Below are positions 1-9,765 of a DNA stretch of 43,857 nt, piece after piece; positions within the stretch are counted from its first letter, which is position 1; each line of letters opens with the position of its first letter. The position numbers and the translations under genes are program-made. The notes beneath the pieces were generated by a model. That model searched no databases and was not told where the DNA came from. It saw only the letters and a list, made by a program, of their open reading frames with translations. Source of the stretch: an uncultured Acidimicrobiia bacterium. GTDB taxonomy: Bacteria > Actinomycetota > Acidimicrobiia > Acidimicrobiales > SZUA-35. Location of the stretch: assembly GCA_937890445.1 (NCBI GenBank), contig CALACD010000469.1, forward strand, positions 1 to 43,857, read 5' to 3'.

Positions 1-1136
1 CGAGTCAGCAGTTCGCCATAGGTCTGCTCGGTGATGTCGCGACGGTAGATCCCTTCGTCAGGCGCGGGGCGCGAGGTCTCCAGATGACCTCGTCCGACGA
101 GGTCTTTCCGCAGCTCATCGGAACCGAGCGTCACATAGCCCCGGGAATCGGACATCGCCCGTGCCAGGGTGCTCTTGCCGGTACCCGGTGTCCCACCGAT
201 CAGTACGAGGTGTCGCACTGTGCCTTGCAGATGCCGCAGACACAACTGGTGGTAGGTCCGAACGAGATCTTCCTGCGACGTGTCGCCCTGGGCATAGCGA
301 ATGGCTGCGACCTTGGCCCGAACGCTGGCCCGGTAGGCGATGAAGTGGTGGGCCAGCGATGCCGGATGATGTTCGTTTCCGTACTCGCAGTACGCATCGA
401 TGAACGCCTGGGCCGCCTCGGAGTCGATCAGACGGTCCAAGTCCATGGCCAGGAAGGCGACGTCCAGGAGAACGTCTCCGATACGAAGCCTCGGATCGAA
501 GGCCAGGCAATCGAGGATCCGTGGCCCATCATCCATGCAGAAGATGTCTTCCGCGGTGAGGTCACCGTGACCATCGCGCACGAGACCATCGGCCAGACGC
601 TGATCGAACAACACCTGGCCATGGTCGAGGTAGTCGTCGGCCAGTTGGCGAACCAGCACGCTCTCCACTTCGGGTACCAGGCTGCCCACGACGGGTTGGA
701 TGTCGGTGAAATTGTCATGCCAGTTCTTGCGCATCGCATCGCGACTGGCGATCTGGCCCGCGGTCAGGTCCGGCTGTTGCCTGCTGTGGAACGCCGCCAT
801 CGCCCGGGCAATCGAACGGACGCACTCCGAGGTGTCCCGTCCCCGAGCAATCAGATTGCTGAGCCGACGATCCGAGGGAAGGCGACGCATGACCAACATG
901 CGATCCACCACGTCGCCGTCCTCGACGACATCCGCGGTACCGAGGTAGACGTCAGGGGCCAGACGTCGGTTGAGGGCCAACTCCTGATCGATGGCACGGA
1001 GGCGGGCGGCCGCTGTCGAGTGGTCGAGAAAGCTGGTCGCCAGTGGTTTGAGGATCTTGTAGGCGCGATCGTCGGAGAAGAAGACACGGGAAATGTGCGT
1101 CTCGGCCACCGTCGAGGTCGCTTCGCCATCGGCCAT
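1..1136 (-). CDS. Bifunctional aminoglycoside-phosphotransferase-like / P-loop (AAA) kinase protein; the 3' end runs off the window
   Basis: Absent from the ORF track because there is no stop codon inside the window. My own minus-strand translation from the ATG at 1136-1134 reads MADGEATSTVAETHISRVFFSDDRAYKILKP...LVRDGHGDLTAEDIFCMDDGPRILDCLAFD (kinase-type HGD...D catalytic region) ...RHLVLIGGTPGTGKSTLARAMS (Walker A). The + ORF 84..1154 is its antisense shadow. Confidence 0.75.
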   Translation of the reverse strand, partial: MADGEATSTVAETHISRVFFSDDRAYKILKPLATSFLDHSTAAARLRAIDQELALNRRLAPDVYLGTADVVEDGDVVDRMLVMRRLPSDRRLSNLIARGRDTSECVRSIARAMAAFHSRQQPDLTAGQIASRDAMRKNWHDNFTDIQPVVGSLVPEVESVLVRQLADDYLDHGQVLFDQRLADGLVRDGHGDLTAEDIFCMDDGPRILDCLAFDPRLRIGDVLLDVAFLAMDLDRLIDSEAAQAFIDAYCEYGNEHHPASLAHHFIAYRASVRAKVAAIRYAQGDTSQEDLVRTYHQLCLRHLQGTVRHLVLIGGTPGTGKSTLARAMSDSRGYVTLGSDELRKDLVGRGHLETSRPAPDEGIYRRDITEQTYGELLT

Positions 1137-1288
1137 CAGCTTCACGCCACCTGAGCTTCGAGTCGACCGAGCGCGACCGGAGTGCGGTTGTCCATATGCT
1201 GAGCAGACACCACACGGCGATCCGGAGGAAGGGTCCTTCGTCCTGTTCGTCACTCCTGTTCTTCGCCGACCCCTCCGCCGCGTCACCG

Positions 1289-2287
1289 TCAGCGATCCAT
1301 GAGCAGACGATGCATCCGTTCGAGGTCGGCCGGCCGGCACAGCTCCGAGCCCGGAGTGAGGACTGCAGCCGTGCCAGCGGCCACTCCCAGGGCCACCATC
1401 TCCATCGTGGACACTCCACGGTGAACGCCGATCGCCAATCCCGCCACCATCGAGTCGCCTGCCCCGACCGCGCTCTGCACGTCGACCGATGGGGCCCGCA
1501 TCCGTGTCGTCGTCCCATCGGCAGACTTGGCCAGGACTCCGTCCTCGCCGAGAGACACGACCAGATGTTCGATGGAGCCCAACGCCATCAGCTCGTCCGA
1601 TGCCGCAACGATGTCGATCTCGGTCTCGAGCTGGCGCCCCACCAGGCTCGCGAGCTCACGAACGTTCGGTTTGGCCAGATGACAGCCAGCTTCGATCGCC
1701 GCCCGCAAGGCCGGTCCCTGCGTGTCGACGATGACACTTACCGGTCGCAGGGAGCGAACGAGGTCGGCGATGATCCCCCCGTCGAGACCGGGCGGCATGC
1801 TGCCCGAGACGACAACGCAGCTGGCGGCAGCGGACACCGACACGACACGGTCGAAGCACTGCTCGATCTCGACCGGGGAGAGGGACGGCCCGGGCAGCAC
1901 GAACCGGTAGTGATCGCCCGAAACCTGTTCCAACACCGCAAGACTCTGACGAGTCTCGTCGTCGATCTCGACCAGGACCGTCGGCAGCGCCTCGTCCCGA
2001 AGTAGGTCGGCCAACCGACTTCCCGTGGTTCCGCCGGCGGTCGCCACGGCCAACGTTGGAATTCCCATTCGGTGACACACCCGGGCCACGTTGATGCCAC
2101 CACCGCCCGGTTCGATCGTGGGCGCGGTACAACGAAGCTTGTGGGTGGGCACGACCTGACCGACCGACGAGGAAACATCGAGGGCAGGATTGAGCGTCAA
2201 GGTGACGATGGACGCCCCCATCACCGGGTCTGCCCTCATCGCTGTCTCGGCACGCCGCACCGGGTCAGGGCGCTCAGCCTCGGCCAT
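1289..2287 (-). CDS. PfkB-family hexose-phosphate kinase (1-phosphofructokinase / tagatose-6-P kinase type)
   Basis: ORF 1289..2500. The conserved core is IVTLTLNPALD...GGGGINVARV...VVVSGSMPPG...SAVGAGDSMVAGL. The ATG at 2287 overlaps the ppsA stop codon (TGATG). An alternative start at 2221 (MGASIVTLTLNP) would match the canonical N-terminus. Confidence 0.85.
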   Translation of the reverse strand: MAEAERPDPVRRAETAMRADPVMGASIVTLTLNPALDVSSSVGQVVPTHKLRCTAPTIEPGGGGINVARVCHRMGIPTLAVATAGGTTGSRLADLLRDEALPTVLVEIDDETRQSLAVLEQVSGDHYRFVLPGPSLSPVEIEQCFDRVVSVSAAASCVVVSGSMPPGLDGGIIADLVRSLRPVSVIVDTQGPALRAAIEAGCHLAKPNVRELASLVGRQLETEIDIVAASDELMALGSIEHLVVSLGEDGVLAKSADGTTTRMRAPSVDVQSAVGAGDSMVAGLAIGVHRGVSTMEMVALGVAAGTAAVLTPGSELCRPADLERMHRLLMDR

Positions 2288-4632
2288 CAGCGACGACCGG
2301 CCTCCAACAACAGCCGTTGCTCTGCCGAGGCCAGGACGTGACGAGTCGTCACGACCGCGTCGGCCTCGACCGAGACCGAATCGATGCCGAGGCGCACCAA
2401 CCGCTCGGCGAACTCGGGGTCGTTGCTCACCGCCAATCCGCACAGAGAAGAGGTGAGACCGAGGGCTCGACAGCTGCTGATGATCTGCTCGATGGCCCAC
2501 ATCACCGCATCATCGGTCTCATCGAACAAGTCGCTCAGGATTGCCGAGTCTCGATCGACTCCCAGCATGAGCTGGGTGAGATCGTTGCTCCCGATCGAGA
2601 CGCCGTCGATACCGAGGCTCGCGTACTCGCCGAGACGAGGGATGATCGAGGGAACCTCCGCCATCACCCACCGCTTCATGCCGGTCTGTCGTCCGATCGG
2701 GCTGCGATCGATGGCCTCGAGGCAGGCTTCGAGTTCCCAACGGGTCCGCACGAACGGGATCATCAGATGGAGGTTCGGGTGGGCTTCTCGCGCTCGCGCC
2801 AAGGCCGAGAGCTCCAGGGCGAAGGTCTCGGGATCCTTCAGGTAGCGATAGCAGCCCCGATAGCCGATCATCGGGTTCTCTTCATGAGGCTCGTAGGCCT
2901 CACCCCCGACGAGTTGGCGGAACTCGTTGCTCCGGAAATCCATCGAACGGTAGATCACCGGTCGGGAGCCGAACGCGGCGGCAATGGTCGACAACGAAGC
3001 GCTCATGCGGGCGACGAATTCCTCCCCCTTTCCGTCGGCGATCAGCGCCCGTGGATGCCGTCCCCCGAGGGCATCGGTCACCATGAACTCACCGCGAAGC
3101 AGGCCCACCCCGTCAACGGCAAGCCCCGCAGCCTGGGCCGCCCGATCCGCCATCGCCAGATTGACGTAGAGCTTGGTCGCCAGCGGGACGAATGCCTCGG
3201 TGCCGCCCGGGGGAGACGATGCCGGGGCAGCGGGCACCAACGAGGTGCGGTTGCCGCGAAAGACCTGACCCGAGGACGGCTCGATGGTGACAACATCGCC
3301 ATCACGCAGTTCAGCGGTCGCTGTCCGGGTCCCGACGACGGCCGGAACCCCCAGCTCTCGGCTGACGATGGCGGCATGGCACGTACTTCCCCCGGCATCG
3401 GTGATGAGCCCGGCGGCACGTCGCATGATGGGCACCCAGTCGGGTGACGTCATTCGCGCCACCAGGACTTCGCCGGAAAGGAAGGTCGAGCCCTCCTTCG
3501 TCGAAGTGAGGACGCGAACGACACCGCTACTGCCCTTGGAGCCCACGCCGAGACCGTGCAGTATCGCGGCTCCGAGGTCGGCCTCGGTCGCTGTCGCGCC
3601 GTCGGCCGCGCCGTCGCCCATGAGCCCGATGGTGGTGATCGGCCGGGACTGGACGATGTACAGCTCGCCGTCGGCGAAGGCCCACTCGATGTCCTGCGGG
3701 GCCTGGTAGTGGTCCTCGATCTGCCTCCCGACTCTCGCCACCGAGGTGATCTCAACGTCGTCGAGTACTCGAGCCCAGGCCTCCGGTCCGGTCACGTCCG
3801 CGAGTTCGTCGCCTGCCGGCCCACTGTTGATCCTGAGGGTCTTGTGCCCGATCCGGATCTGGCGGATCGCAAGTGAGTCGCGGTCGATCAGGTAGCTGTC
3901 GGGCTCGACTCGACCCGACACTACGACCTCGCCCAACCCGAAGGCTCCCTCGATCACCAACTGATCCCGAGATGCAGGATCGACGGTGAACATCACACCC
4001 GAGCGGTCCGAGGCGATCATGCGCTGCACCACGACGGCGATGACCGGCTCGTCCACGAGTCGTTGCTCGGCCCGGTAGGCGATCACTCGATCGCCGTACA
4101 ACGACGTCCAACACTGCTTGACATGGTCCAGGAGTTCGTCGACTCCGGTCACATTCGTGAAGGTTTCGTTCATCCCGGCAAAGGAGGTTCCCGCCGTGTC
4201 CTCAGCAGTAGCCGACGAACGGACGGCAACGAACCCCTCACCCATCGCCCGATAGGCGTCCGAGGCAGCGCGGCGAACCTCGGAGGGTAGCGGCACCGCG
4301 TCGAGAATCGATCGGGCCTTGCTTCCAATGGCTTCGAGTTCGTCGGGACCTGCATCACCAGCTCGGCGCTCGAGCGCCATCAGTTCATCCCGGACACCGG
4401 CTTGATCGATCGCAGACAGGTAGGCAGCCGACGTCACCACGAAGCCAGGGGGGACCGGAAACCCAGCGCCGATCATCTCCCCCAGGTTGGCGCCCTTGCC
4501 GCCTGCGGTCCGTACGTCTCCTCGATCGATGTGGGTGAGATCGACGACCATTCGGGACGTGCGAAGTCGGTTTGCTCCGACATCATCGGTGCCGTCTTCG
4601 TCGGTGGGGTCGGTCGAAGCAGGTTCCGTCAT
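2287..4632 (-). CDS. ppsA: Phosphoenolpyruvate synthase (pyruvate, water dikinase)
   Basis: ORF 2287..4767. Three domains are present: an N-terminal ATP-grasp (GGKGANLGEM), a swivel phosphohistidine domain (GGSTCHAAIVSRELGVPAVVG) and a C-terminal PEP-utilizer TIM barrel (SIGSNDLTQLMLGVDRDS). I chose the internal ATG at 4632 (MTEPAST...), which gives about 781 aa; the exact start is uncertain. Confidence 0.9.
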   Translation of the reverse strand: MTEPASTDPTDEDGTDDVGANRLRTSRMVVDLTHIDRGDVRTAGGKGANLGEMIGAGFPVPPGFVVTSAAYLSAIDQAGVRDELMALERRAGDAGPDELEAIGSKARSILDAVPLPSEVRRAASDAYRAMGEGFVAVRSSATAEDTAGTSFAGMNETFTNVTGVDELLDHVKQCWTSLYGDRVIAYRAEQRLVDEPVIAVVVQRMIASDRSGVMFTVDPASRDQLVIEGAFGLGEVVVSGRVEPDSYLIDRDSLAIRQIRIGHKTLRINSGPAGDELADVTGPEAWARVLDDVEITSVARVGRQIEDHYQAPQDIEWAFADGELYIVQSRPITTIGLMGDGAADGATATEADLGAAILHGLGVGSKGSSGVVRVLTSTKEGSTFLSGEVLVARMTSPDWVPIMRRAAGLITDAGGSTCHAAIVSRELGVPAVVGTRTATAELRDGDVVTIEPSSGQVFRGNRTSLVPAAPASSPPGGTEAFVPLATKLYVNLAMADRAAQAAGLAVDGVGLLRGEFMVTDALGGRHPRALIADGKGEEFVARMSASLSTIAAAFGSRPVIYRSMDFRSNEFRQLVGGEAYEPHEENPMIGYRGCYRYLKDPETFALELSALARAREAHPNLHLMIPFVRTRWELEACLEAIDRSPIGRQTGMKRWVMAEVPSIIPRLGEYASLGIDGVSIGSNDLTQLMLGVDRDSAILSDLFDETDDAVMWAIEQIISSCRALGLTSSLCGLAVSNDPEFAERLVRLGIDSVSVEADAVVTTRHVLASAEQRLLLEAGRR

Positions 4633-4778
4633 GGCCTGAAGGTATGGATCGTCGAAGACTGCTCCCAGGGCCGTTGGTCCCGACGGCCCTGACCGCAATC
4701 GTGACCGTGTCGTGGTGCCGGGGTCCACCCGACGGGCTTCACCGCCCGCTAAGATCCTTGTCTTCACTACCGCGAGTG

Positions 4779-5984
4779 ATGGTCGTCCCTCGACTCGCCA
4801 CGTCGGATTTGAACACGTCGGGTTGGAAGAGGTGTCACCAGGTGCTGTTACGCGAGGCTTCTGTTGGCGTCACCTCGACGAAGGATGTCGGTCGGGACAC
4901 TGCCATCGACGTTCTTCGAGGCCTCTGTTTGACCTCGATGACCGTTGGGCACATCGCCATCTCGCTCGGGGGTGGCTCGGCCGTGAACACGATGGTTCAT
5001 CTGCCCCTGTTCATCGATGGGGCTCAGGGCTTCGTGTTCCTCTCCGGCGTCTCCGTCGCGCTTGCGGACACTGCTCGTCGGTCTCGTCGTCAGTCGACGT
5101 CAACCCGTAACGGCTGGCTCCTCGGTCGGGCCTTGTTCATCTATCTGCTTCACGTCATCCTGACCATCGGGGCCATTGCCGTCTTCCGAGTCGTCGGTTT
5201 TCCGTCCTTCGTTCCCGAGCGATCCTTGGATATGCGACTGCTCACGGACGTGATCTTGTTCCGGGAACTCGTCGGTCTGATGGACGTGCTCGCCCTCTAC
5301 GTCGTCTTTCTCGTCCTCACCCCGCTGGCGCTGCTCTCTCGAGCCCGGGCTGCCCAGTGGGCCGTCGCCGTGACCTCGATGGCCGTCTATCTCGTGAGTC
5401 AATGGCGGCCCGAGCTCTCGAGCCTGCATGCGGGCGAGGACGAGAAGGTGGTCTGGATCGTGGGCGCGTGGCAGTTGCTCTATTTCGGGGGTCTCCTGTG
5501 CGGCCTGAACTGGTGGCGATTTCGGGCAGGCCTGCGATCGAGGGTCGGACGACGGTTCGCCCTCGGTGCCGGTGCCACCGTGCTGCTCGGCATCCTCACG
5601 TTGCGGGCGACATTCGCGTTGACCGAGGTACTGGTGGCGGGGACCCCGGAATGGCGAGCAAGACTCGAGGACGAGCTCCTGTTCGACAAGGCATTCCTGC
5701 CACCGGAACAGCTCCTGCTCGTCGTGCCCTTCGGCTTGTCGCTCTATGTCGGCCTGAGCTTGCTCGAGTCTCGCTTCTCGCACTTGTTCGACCCGTTCCG
5801 CCGGATGGGCGCCCGGAGCCTCCGGGTCTATCTGATGTCGTGTGTGGCCGTGATGATCACGGCAACGTCCGTCGGCCAGGTCGGGCAGATCGGAAAGGAG
5901 GTCGTCATTCTGCTGGCTACCGCAGCGGTCCTTCTGCTGGGTTTGCCCCGCACCCGAGGAAAGGGTCGGCCCTGGTCGATTTGA
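4779..5984 (+). CDS. Polytopic membrane protein, OpgC / acyltransferase-3-like
   Basis: ORF 4572..5984. It has multiple hydrophobic helices, and the N-terminal motif DTAIDVLRGLCLTSMTVGHI resembles OpgC/acyltransferase_3 proteins. The start is placed at ATG 4779, outside the ppsA 5' region. The family assignment is tentative. Confidence 0.55.
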   Translation: MVVPRLATSDLNTSGWKRCHQVLLREASVGVTSTKDVGRDTAIDVLRGLCLTSMTVGHIAISLGGGSAVNTMVHLPLFIDGAQGFVFLSGVSVALADTARRSRRQSTSTRNGWLLGRALFIYLLHVILTIGAIAVFRVVGFPSFVPERSLDMRLLTDVILFRELVGLMDVLALYVVFLVLTPLALLSRARAAQWAVAVTSMAVYLVSQWRPELSSLHAGEDEKVVWIVGAWQLLYFGGLLCGLNWWRFRAGLRSRVGRRFALGAGATVLLGILTLRATFALTEVLVAGTPEWRARLEDELLFDKAFLPPEQLLLVVPFGLSLYVGLSLLESRFSHLFDPFRRMGARSLRVYLMSCVAVMITATSVGQVGQIGKEVVILLATAAVLLLGLPRTRGKGRPWSI

Positions 5985-6027
5985 CCAGACCTGGTCGATT
6001 TGACCAGACCTGGTCGATTTGACCAGA
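5971..6027. repeat. Three perfect tandem copies of a 19-bp unit, cctggtcgatttgaccaga, each containing the inverted repeat CTGGTC-gattt-GACCAG; a degenerate fourth unit follows to about 6039
   Basis: Read directly from the sequence: units at 5971-5989, 5990-6008 and 6009-6027, then cctgatgaccag. The first unit contains the stop codon (5982-5984) of the upstream + gene. The array fills most of the gap to the convergent minus-strand gene that ends at 6066. Confidence 0.95.
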
Positions 6028-6065
6028 CCTGATGACCAGTTCGTGCGGTGTCGTGTCGTGCGGTT

Positions 6066-7451
6066 CTACGAGACGGGTGCGTTGGCAAGTGCGACCCAGG
6101 CGCCATGCCCGCCGATGATGTCGGAAACGTCGCTGAACCCGTGGCGTCGAAGCAGACTGGCCCCGACCGACGAACGATAACCGCCGGCGCAGAAGACGAC
6201 GGTTGGTCGAGCGGGATCGAGTTCTCCGTGCCGCTGCGCCAACTGCCCGACCGGGATGGACTGGGCGGCGTCGATGGTTCCGAGGGCGAACTCGCCGGGG
6301 TTGCGGATATCGACCAGCTGCAATCCGTCGACGTCGTCACGACGACTCCGGAACTCGGTCACGGTCATGCGAGAAGCGCGTCGCACGCGAGCGGGATTGG
6401 CTGCCATGATCGCCAGCGGGTTCTCCAGGTATCCGACCACTCGATCGAAGCCGATGCGTCCGAGGCGATTCTTGGCTTCCAGCTCGGATCCTTCGTCGAC
6501 CACCAACACGATGTCAATGTCGTCGGGCACGATCGACCCTGCGAACTCGGCATACCGGCCGTTCAATCCCACGTTGACCGAGCCGTCGAGATGTCCGAGG
6601 GCGAACTCCTCTGGGGTTCGGCCGTCGATGATCATGGCCCCGAGGCCGACCAACTCGTCGACGCGGGCCAGATCGAGCGCAGTTGGCATCTCGGTCTCGT
6701 CCAGAAGCTCCCGGTCCTGACGGTTGAGGGCGGCATTGAACGCGAAATAGCCGGGTGCCGGAGGCTGGCCTTCGGTCACGAGACCGATGAACGTCGACTT
6801 GTCCGGTGCCAGGAGCGCATAGTTGTTGAGCCGCTGCTCGCCGATGGTGGACACGGTGTCGGTCGAGAGGTTCTTGCCACAAGCCGACCCGGCACCGTGC
6901 GCCGGGTACACCCGAGTCACGTCGGGCAGCGACAGGAGTTGGGTGTGCAGGCTGTCGTACAGTTGATCGGCCAGCTCGTCCCGACTCACTCCGACCGACG
7001 CCAGGAGGTCGGGCCGACCCACATCGCCGATGAAGAGGGTGTCGCCCGTCAAGACGCCATAGGGGGTGTCGTCGTCAGCATGTTCCCAGACCACGATGCT
7101 GATCGATTCGGGCGTGTGCCCGGGGGTGTGGCGGATCTCCAACTGCACCTCGCCCAACGAGATGCGTTCGCCGTCGGCCAGTTTACGCGACGGGAACTCG
7201 GTGCTGGCGACAGCCGAGTAGCCGATCTCGGCACCCGTCGCCGCCGCCATCTCGAGGTGACCCGACAGGAAGTCGGCGTGGAAGTGGGTCTCGAGCACGA
7301 GTTCGATGGTGAGCCCGGCCGCTTCGGCATCGCGCAGATACTCCTCCACATCGCGACGGGGGTCGACCACGACAGCCCGCCCCGTGGATTCGTCGCCGAT
7401 CAGGTACGACGCCTGCGAGAGGCAATCGAGGTAGTACTGGGTGAAAATCAT
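6066..7451 (-). CDS. Persulfide dioxygenase (MBL fold, ETHE1-like) fused to two rhodanese domains (CstB-like)
   Basis: ORF 6066..7466. The metallo-beta-lactamase motif is LETHFHADFLSGH, followed by two rhodanese-like domains; the last has the catalytic loop VVFCAGGYRSS. The start is placed at ATG 7451 (MIFTQYYLD...), preceded by GAAGGAAG as a ribosome-binding site. Confidence 0.85.
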   Translation of the reverse strand: MIFTQYYLDCLSQASYLIGDESTGRAVVVDPRRDVEEYLRDAEAAGLTIELVLETHFHADFLSGHLEMAAATGAEIGYSAVASTEFPSRKLADGERISLGEVQLEIRHTPGHTPESISIVVWEHADDDTPYGVLTGDTLFIGDVGRPDLLASVGVSRDELADQLYDSLHTQLLSLPDVTRVYPAHGAGSACGKNLSTDTVSTIGEQRLNNYALLAPDKSTFIGLVTEGQPPAPGYFAFNAALNRQDRELLDETEMPTALDLARVDELVGLGAMIIDGRTPEEFALGHLDGSVNVGLNGRYAEFAGSIVPDDIDIVLVVDEGSELEAKNRLGRIGFDRVVGYLENPLAIMAANPARVRRASRMTVTEFRSRRDDVDGLQLVDIRNPGEFALGTIDAAQSIPVGQLAQRHGELDPARPTVVFCAGGYRSSVGASLLRRHGFSDVSDIIGGHGAWVALANAPVS

Positions 7452-7554
7452 GTCTTCTTCCTTCACCTACCGGGAGCCGAGGTGTCGGCCAAACGTGGAC
7501 CTTTATACGAATATACGTACATTTGTCTCGAAAGGCAACCGTTTCCTCGTCGTC

Positions 7555-8757
7555 TCAGGCCCTGCCCTTCAGCATCAGGTTCCAATACATGAAGGGGAGC
7601 CCGTACTTCTTGAGGTACCACATGTCCCGCCGGGGCTTCTGGGCGTCGATGAACGCGGGAAACGACGGCGCCGGCCGCAGCGAGTAGTCGAATTCGGCCA
7701 GCAGCATGGCATGCCGGGACGTGGTGAGAGGGCACGACGCATAACCGTCGTACTCGGCGGAGGGAGCCCTCCCCGAAAGCTGTTGCATGACGTTGAACGC
7801 CACAACCGGAGCCTGCTTGCGGATGGCGGCCCCGGTCTTGGAATTCGGTGTCGATCCAGCATCGCCCAGAGCGAAGACGTTGGGGTGACGAACGTGTTGG
7901 TGAGTGTGCTTGTCGACGTCGACGTAACGGGCTGCGGTGTCGTTGGCCAACGGACTGGACTTCACCCAATCCGGGGCGGATTGGTGCGGGACCACGTGCA
8001 TCATGTCGTAGGACAATTCGAATCCCGGTCCGTCCTCGGCCATCGAGGTGAAACTTGCTGTCCGGGCATCCGGGTCGACGGACGAGAGTTCGGACGAGAA
8101 GTGGACCTGGATGCCGTAGTCGGCCACGACCTCGTCGAGGGCATCGGAGAACTCCTTCACGCCGAACATTCCCGGGGTCGGAAGAACGAGATGGACATCG
8201 ATGCTGTCCAGCACTCCCTGGGAGCGCCAGTAGTCGGCAGCCAGATAGGCGATCTTCTGCGGCGCGCCGGCGCATTTGATGGGGCCGCTCGGCATGGTGA
8301 AGACGGCCACGCCGGAACGAGTTCCCTGGATGAACTCCCACGTCTTGGGGGCGAGTTCGTAGGTGTAGTTCGACGAAACACCACCGATGCCCAAGGTGTC
8401 GCTGACTCCCGGGATCTTGTTCCAATCGAGTTGGATCCCCGGACAGACCACGAGCACGTCGTAGCCAATCGTGGCTCCACCCACGGTGACCACCTGGTTG
8501 TCGTCGGGAGCGAATTCGATGACGGCATCCTTGACCCAGGTGACACCCTTGGGGATCACCGACGACTCGGCCCGCTGACTGGTCTCACGTTTGGCGCAAC
8601 CGCCACCAACCAGGGTCCACAATGGCTGGTAGTAGTGCTTGTCCGACGGGTCGATGACGGCGACGTCGTCGACCTTGCCCTCGAGTCGAGCGGCGACCGA
8701 GATGCCGGCAGAGCCTCCGCCGACGATGACGACGTCGTGGTGTGCGGTCGTGGCCAT
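7555..8757 (-). CDS. sqr: Type II sulfide:quinone oxidoreductase (SQRDL-like flavoprotein)
   Basis: ORF 7555..8829. The FAD fingerprint is HHDVVIVGGGSAG, and the SQR type II redox-cysteine regions are GPIKCAGAPQKI and YDGYASCPLTT. The start is placed at ATG 8757 (MATTAHHDVV), preceded by AAGGGG. Confidence 0.85.
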   Translation of the reverse strand: MATTAHHDVVIVGGGSAGISVAARLEGKVDDVAVIDPSDKHYYQPLWTLVGGGCAKRETSQRAESSVIPKGVTWVKDAVIEFAPDDNQVVTVGGATIGYDVLVVCPGIQLDWNKIPGVSDTLGIGGVSSNYTYELAPKTWEFIQGTRSGVAVFTMPSGPIKCAGAPQKIAYLAADYWRSQGVLDSIDVHLVLPTPGMFGVKEFSDALDEVVADYGIQVHFSSELSSVDPDARTASFTSMAEDGPGFELSYDMMHVVPHQSAPDWVKSSPLANDTAARYVDVDKHTHQHVRHPNVFALGDAGSTPNSKTGAAIRKQAPVVAFNVMQQLSGRAPSAEYDGYASCPLTTSRHAMLLAEFDYSLRPAPSFPAFIDAQKPRRDMWYLKKYGLPFMYWNLMLKGRA

Positions 8758-8843
8758 GGAGAACCCCCTTGGTTCGGTGAGGTCGGTCTGTCGCAGATTC
8801 CGCACGAGATCGAGCGTGACCAACGACACCTCTAGATCTGCCT

Positions 8844-8872
8844 AATGTACGGTCTTTCGGATAATCGGTCAA
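8844..8872 (-). promoter_or_regulatory. Candidate sigma-70-type promoter for sqr: TTGACC - 17 nt - TACATT
   Basis: The minus strand reads gcTTGACCgattatccgaaagaccgTACATTaggcAGATCTAGAgg. The spacing was counted by hand. A TCTAGA-centred near-palindrome (8829-8840) lies just downstream of the -10 element. Confidence 0.45.
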
Positions 8873-8924
8873 GCACCCTGTCCGCTCGGCATCGGCGCAA
8901 CGACCGCAACCACGCCCGCCTCGA

Positions 8925-9683
8925 TCAGTCCGCCGTCGGCCGCAGTTCGCTACGAGTCCCGGCCGACCAGTCGGTCACGAACCGATACCGATCGCCCCGA
9001 ATGATCGTGGTCCGCCACTCGATGGGACGCTGATCCCGGCAACCGAGACGCTCGAGGAAGAACGCAGCGTCCGACTTCTGCAGACCGAGCATGGCTCGAT
9101 CCGCCGATGACGGAACGATGGGGGTCAAACGCTCCCAACCCTGATTGGGCACCGGTGCCCCGGCCTTGGCGAGTTCTGCGTAGAGCGCCGTGTGGGACCA
9201 ATCGACATCCAGCAGCGTCGAGGCGAACTCGTGGGGCAACCAGGCCCGGTCGACAGCCAGTGGCACGCCGCCCGCAAGACGAAGCCGCTCCACCAGAACC
9301 AGTTGCGCCTCTTCGGGAATGCCCAGCTGAGCAGCCGCAAGACGATCGGTCGTCACCTCGAGGCGCAGGATCTCGCTCGTCTGCTCGACCCCGGCCGACT
9401 CGACGGACTGGAACAAGCTGTAGAGCGTTCCCAGCGATTGCTCGAACTCCGCTCGGTTCACCACCGTACCCCGGCCCCGCTCCCGCTTGAGCACTCCGGT
9501 CTTGTTCAGATGCCGGACAGCCTCGCGCACCGTGTGTCGGCTGACCTTGTAGGCCTCGGTCAGTTCGAGATCGGTCGGAAAACTCTCGGCAAACTCGTTG
9601 GCCTCGAGCCGAGTCCTCAGATCGGCTTCGAGTTGTGCCCACAACGGCATGGGACTGTTGCGATCCAGGGGCGTCAACGCCAT
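8925..9683 (-). CDS. GntR-family transcriptional regulator, HutC subfamily (winged HTH plus UTRA domain)
   Basis: ORF 8925..9863. The region PLWAQLEADLRTRLEANEF...PTDLELTEAYKVSRHTVREAVRHLNKTGVLKRERGRGTVV is a typical GntR wHTH, and the C-terminus is UTRA-like. The start is placed at ATG 9683, preceded by AGGAG. Confidence 0.85.
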   Translation of the reverse strand: MALTPLDRNSPMPLWAQLEADLRTRLEANEFAESFPTDLELTEAYKVSRHTVREAVRHLNKTGVLKRERGRGTVVNRAEFEQSLGTLYSLFQSVESAGVEQTSEILRLEVTTDRLAAAQLGIPEEAQLVLVERLRLAGGVPLAVDRAWLPHEFASTLLDVDWSHTALYAELAKAGAPVPNQGWERLTPIVPSSADRAMLGLQKSDAAFFLERLGCRDQRPIEWRTTIIRGDRYRFVTDWSAGTRSELRPTAD

Positions 9684-9765
9684 GTACTCCTGCCGTTCTC
9701 CGCACGTTGCGTCGGGGCCCTTCGACCCTCGAAGCGCTCGATCGTAGCAGCACTGCGAACCGACG

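Noticed and set aside
84-1154. A 356-aa + strand ORF at the left edge
   Set aside because: Its composition is Gly/Arg/Val/His-rich with no recognisable motif. The opposite strand translates into a clean APH-like / Walker-A kinase protein, so this is an antisense shadow ORF typical of GC-rich DNA.
5971-6039. The 19-bp tandem repeats as a CRISPR array
   Set aside because: The units abut directly with no spacers and there are only three copies. The unit is shorter than typical CRISPR repeats, and no cas genes are present in the window.
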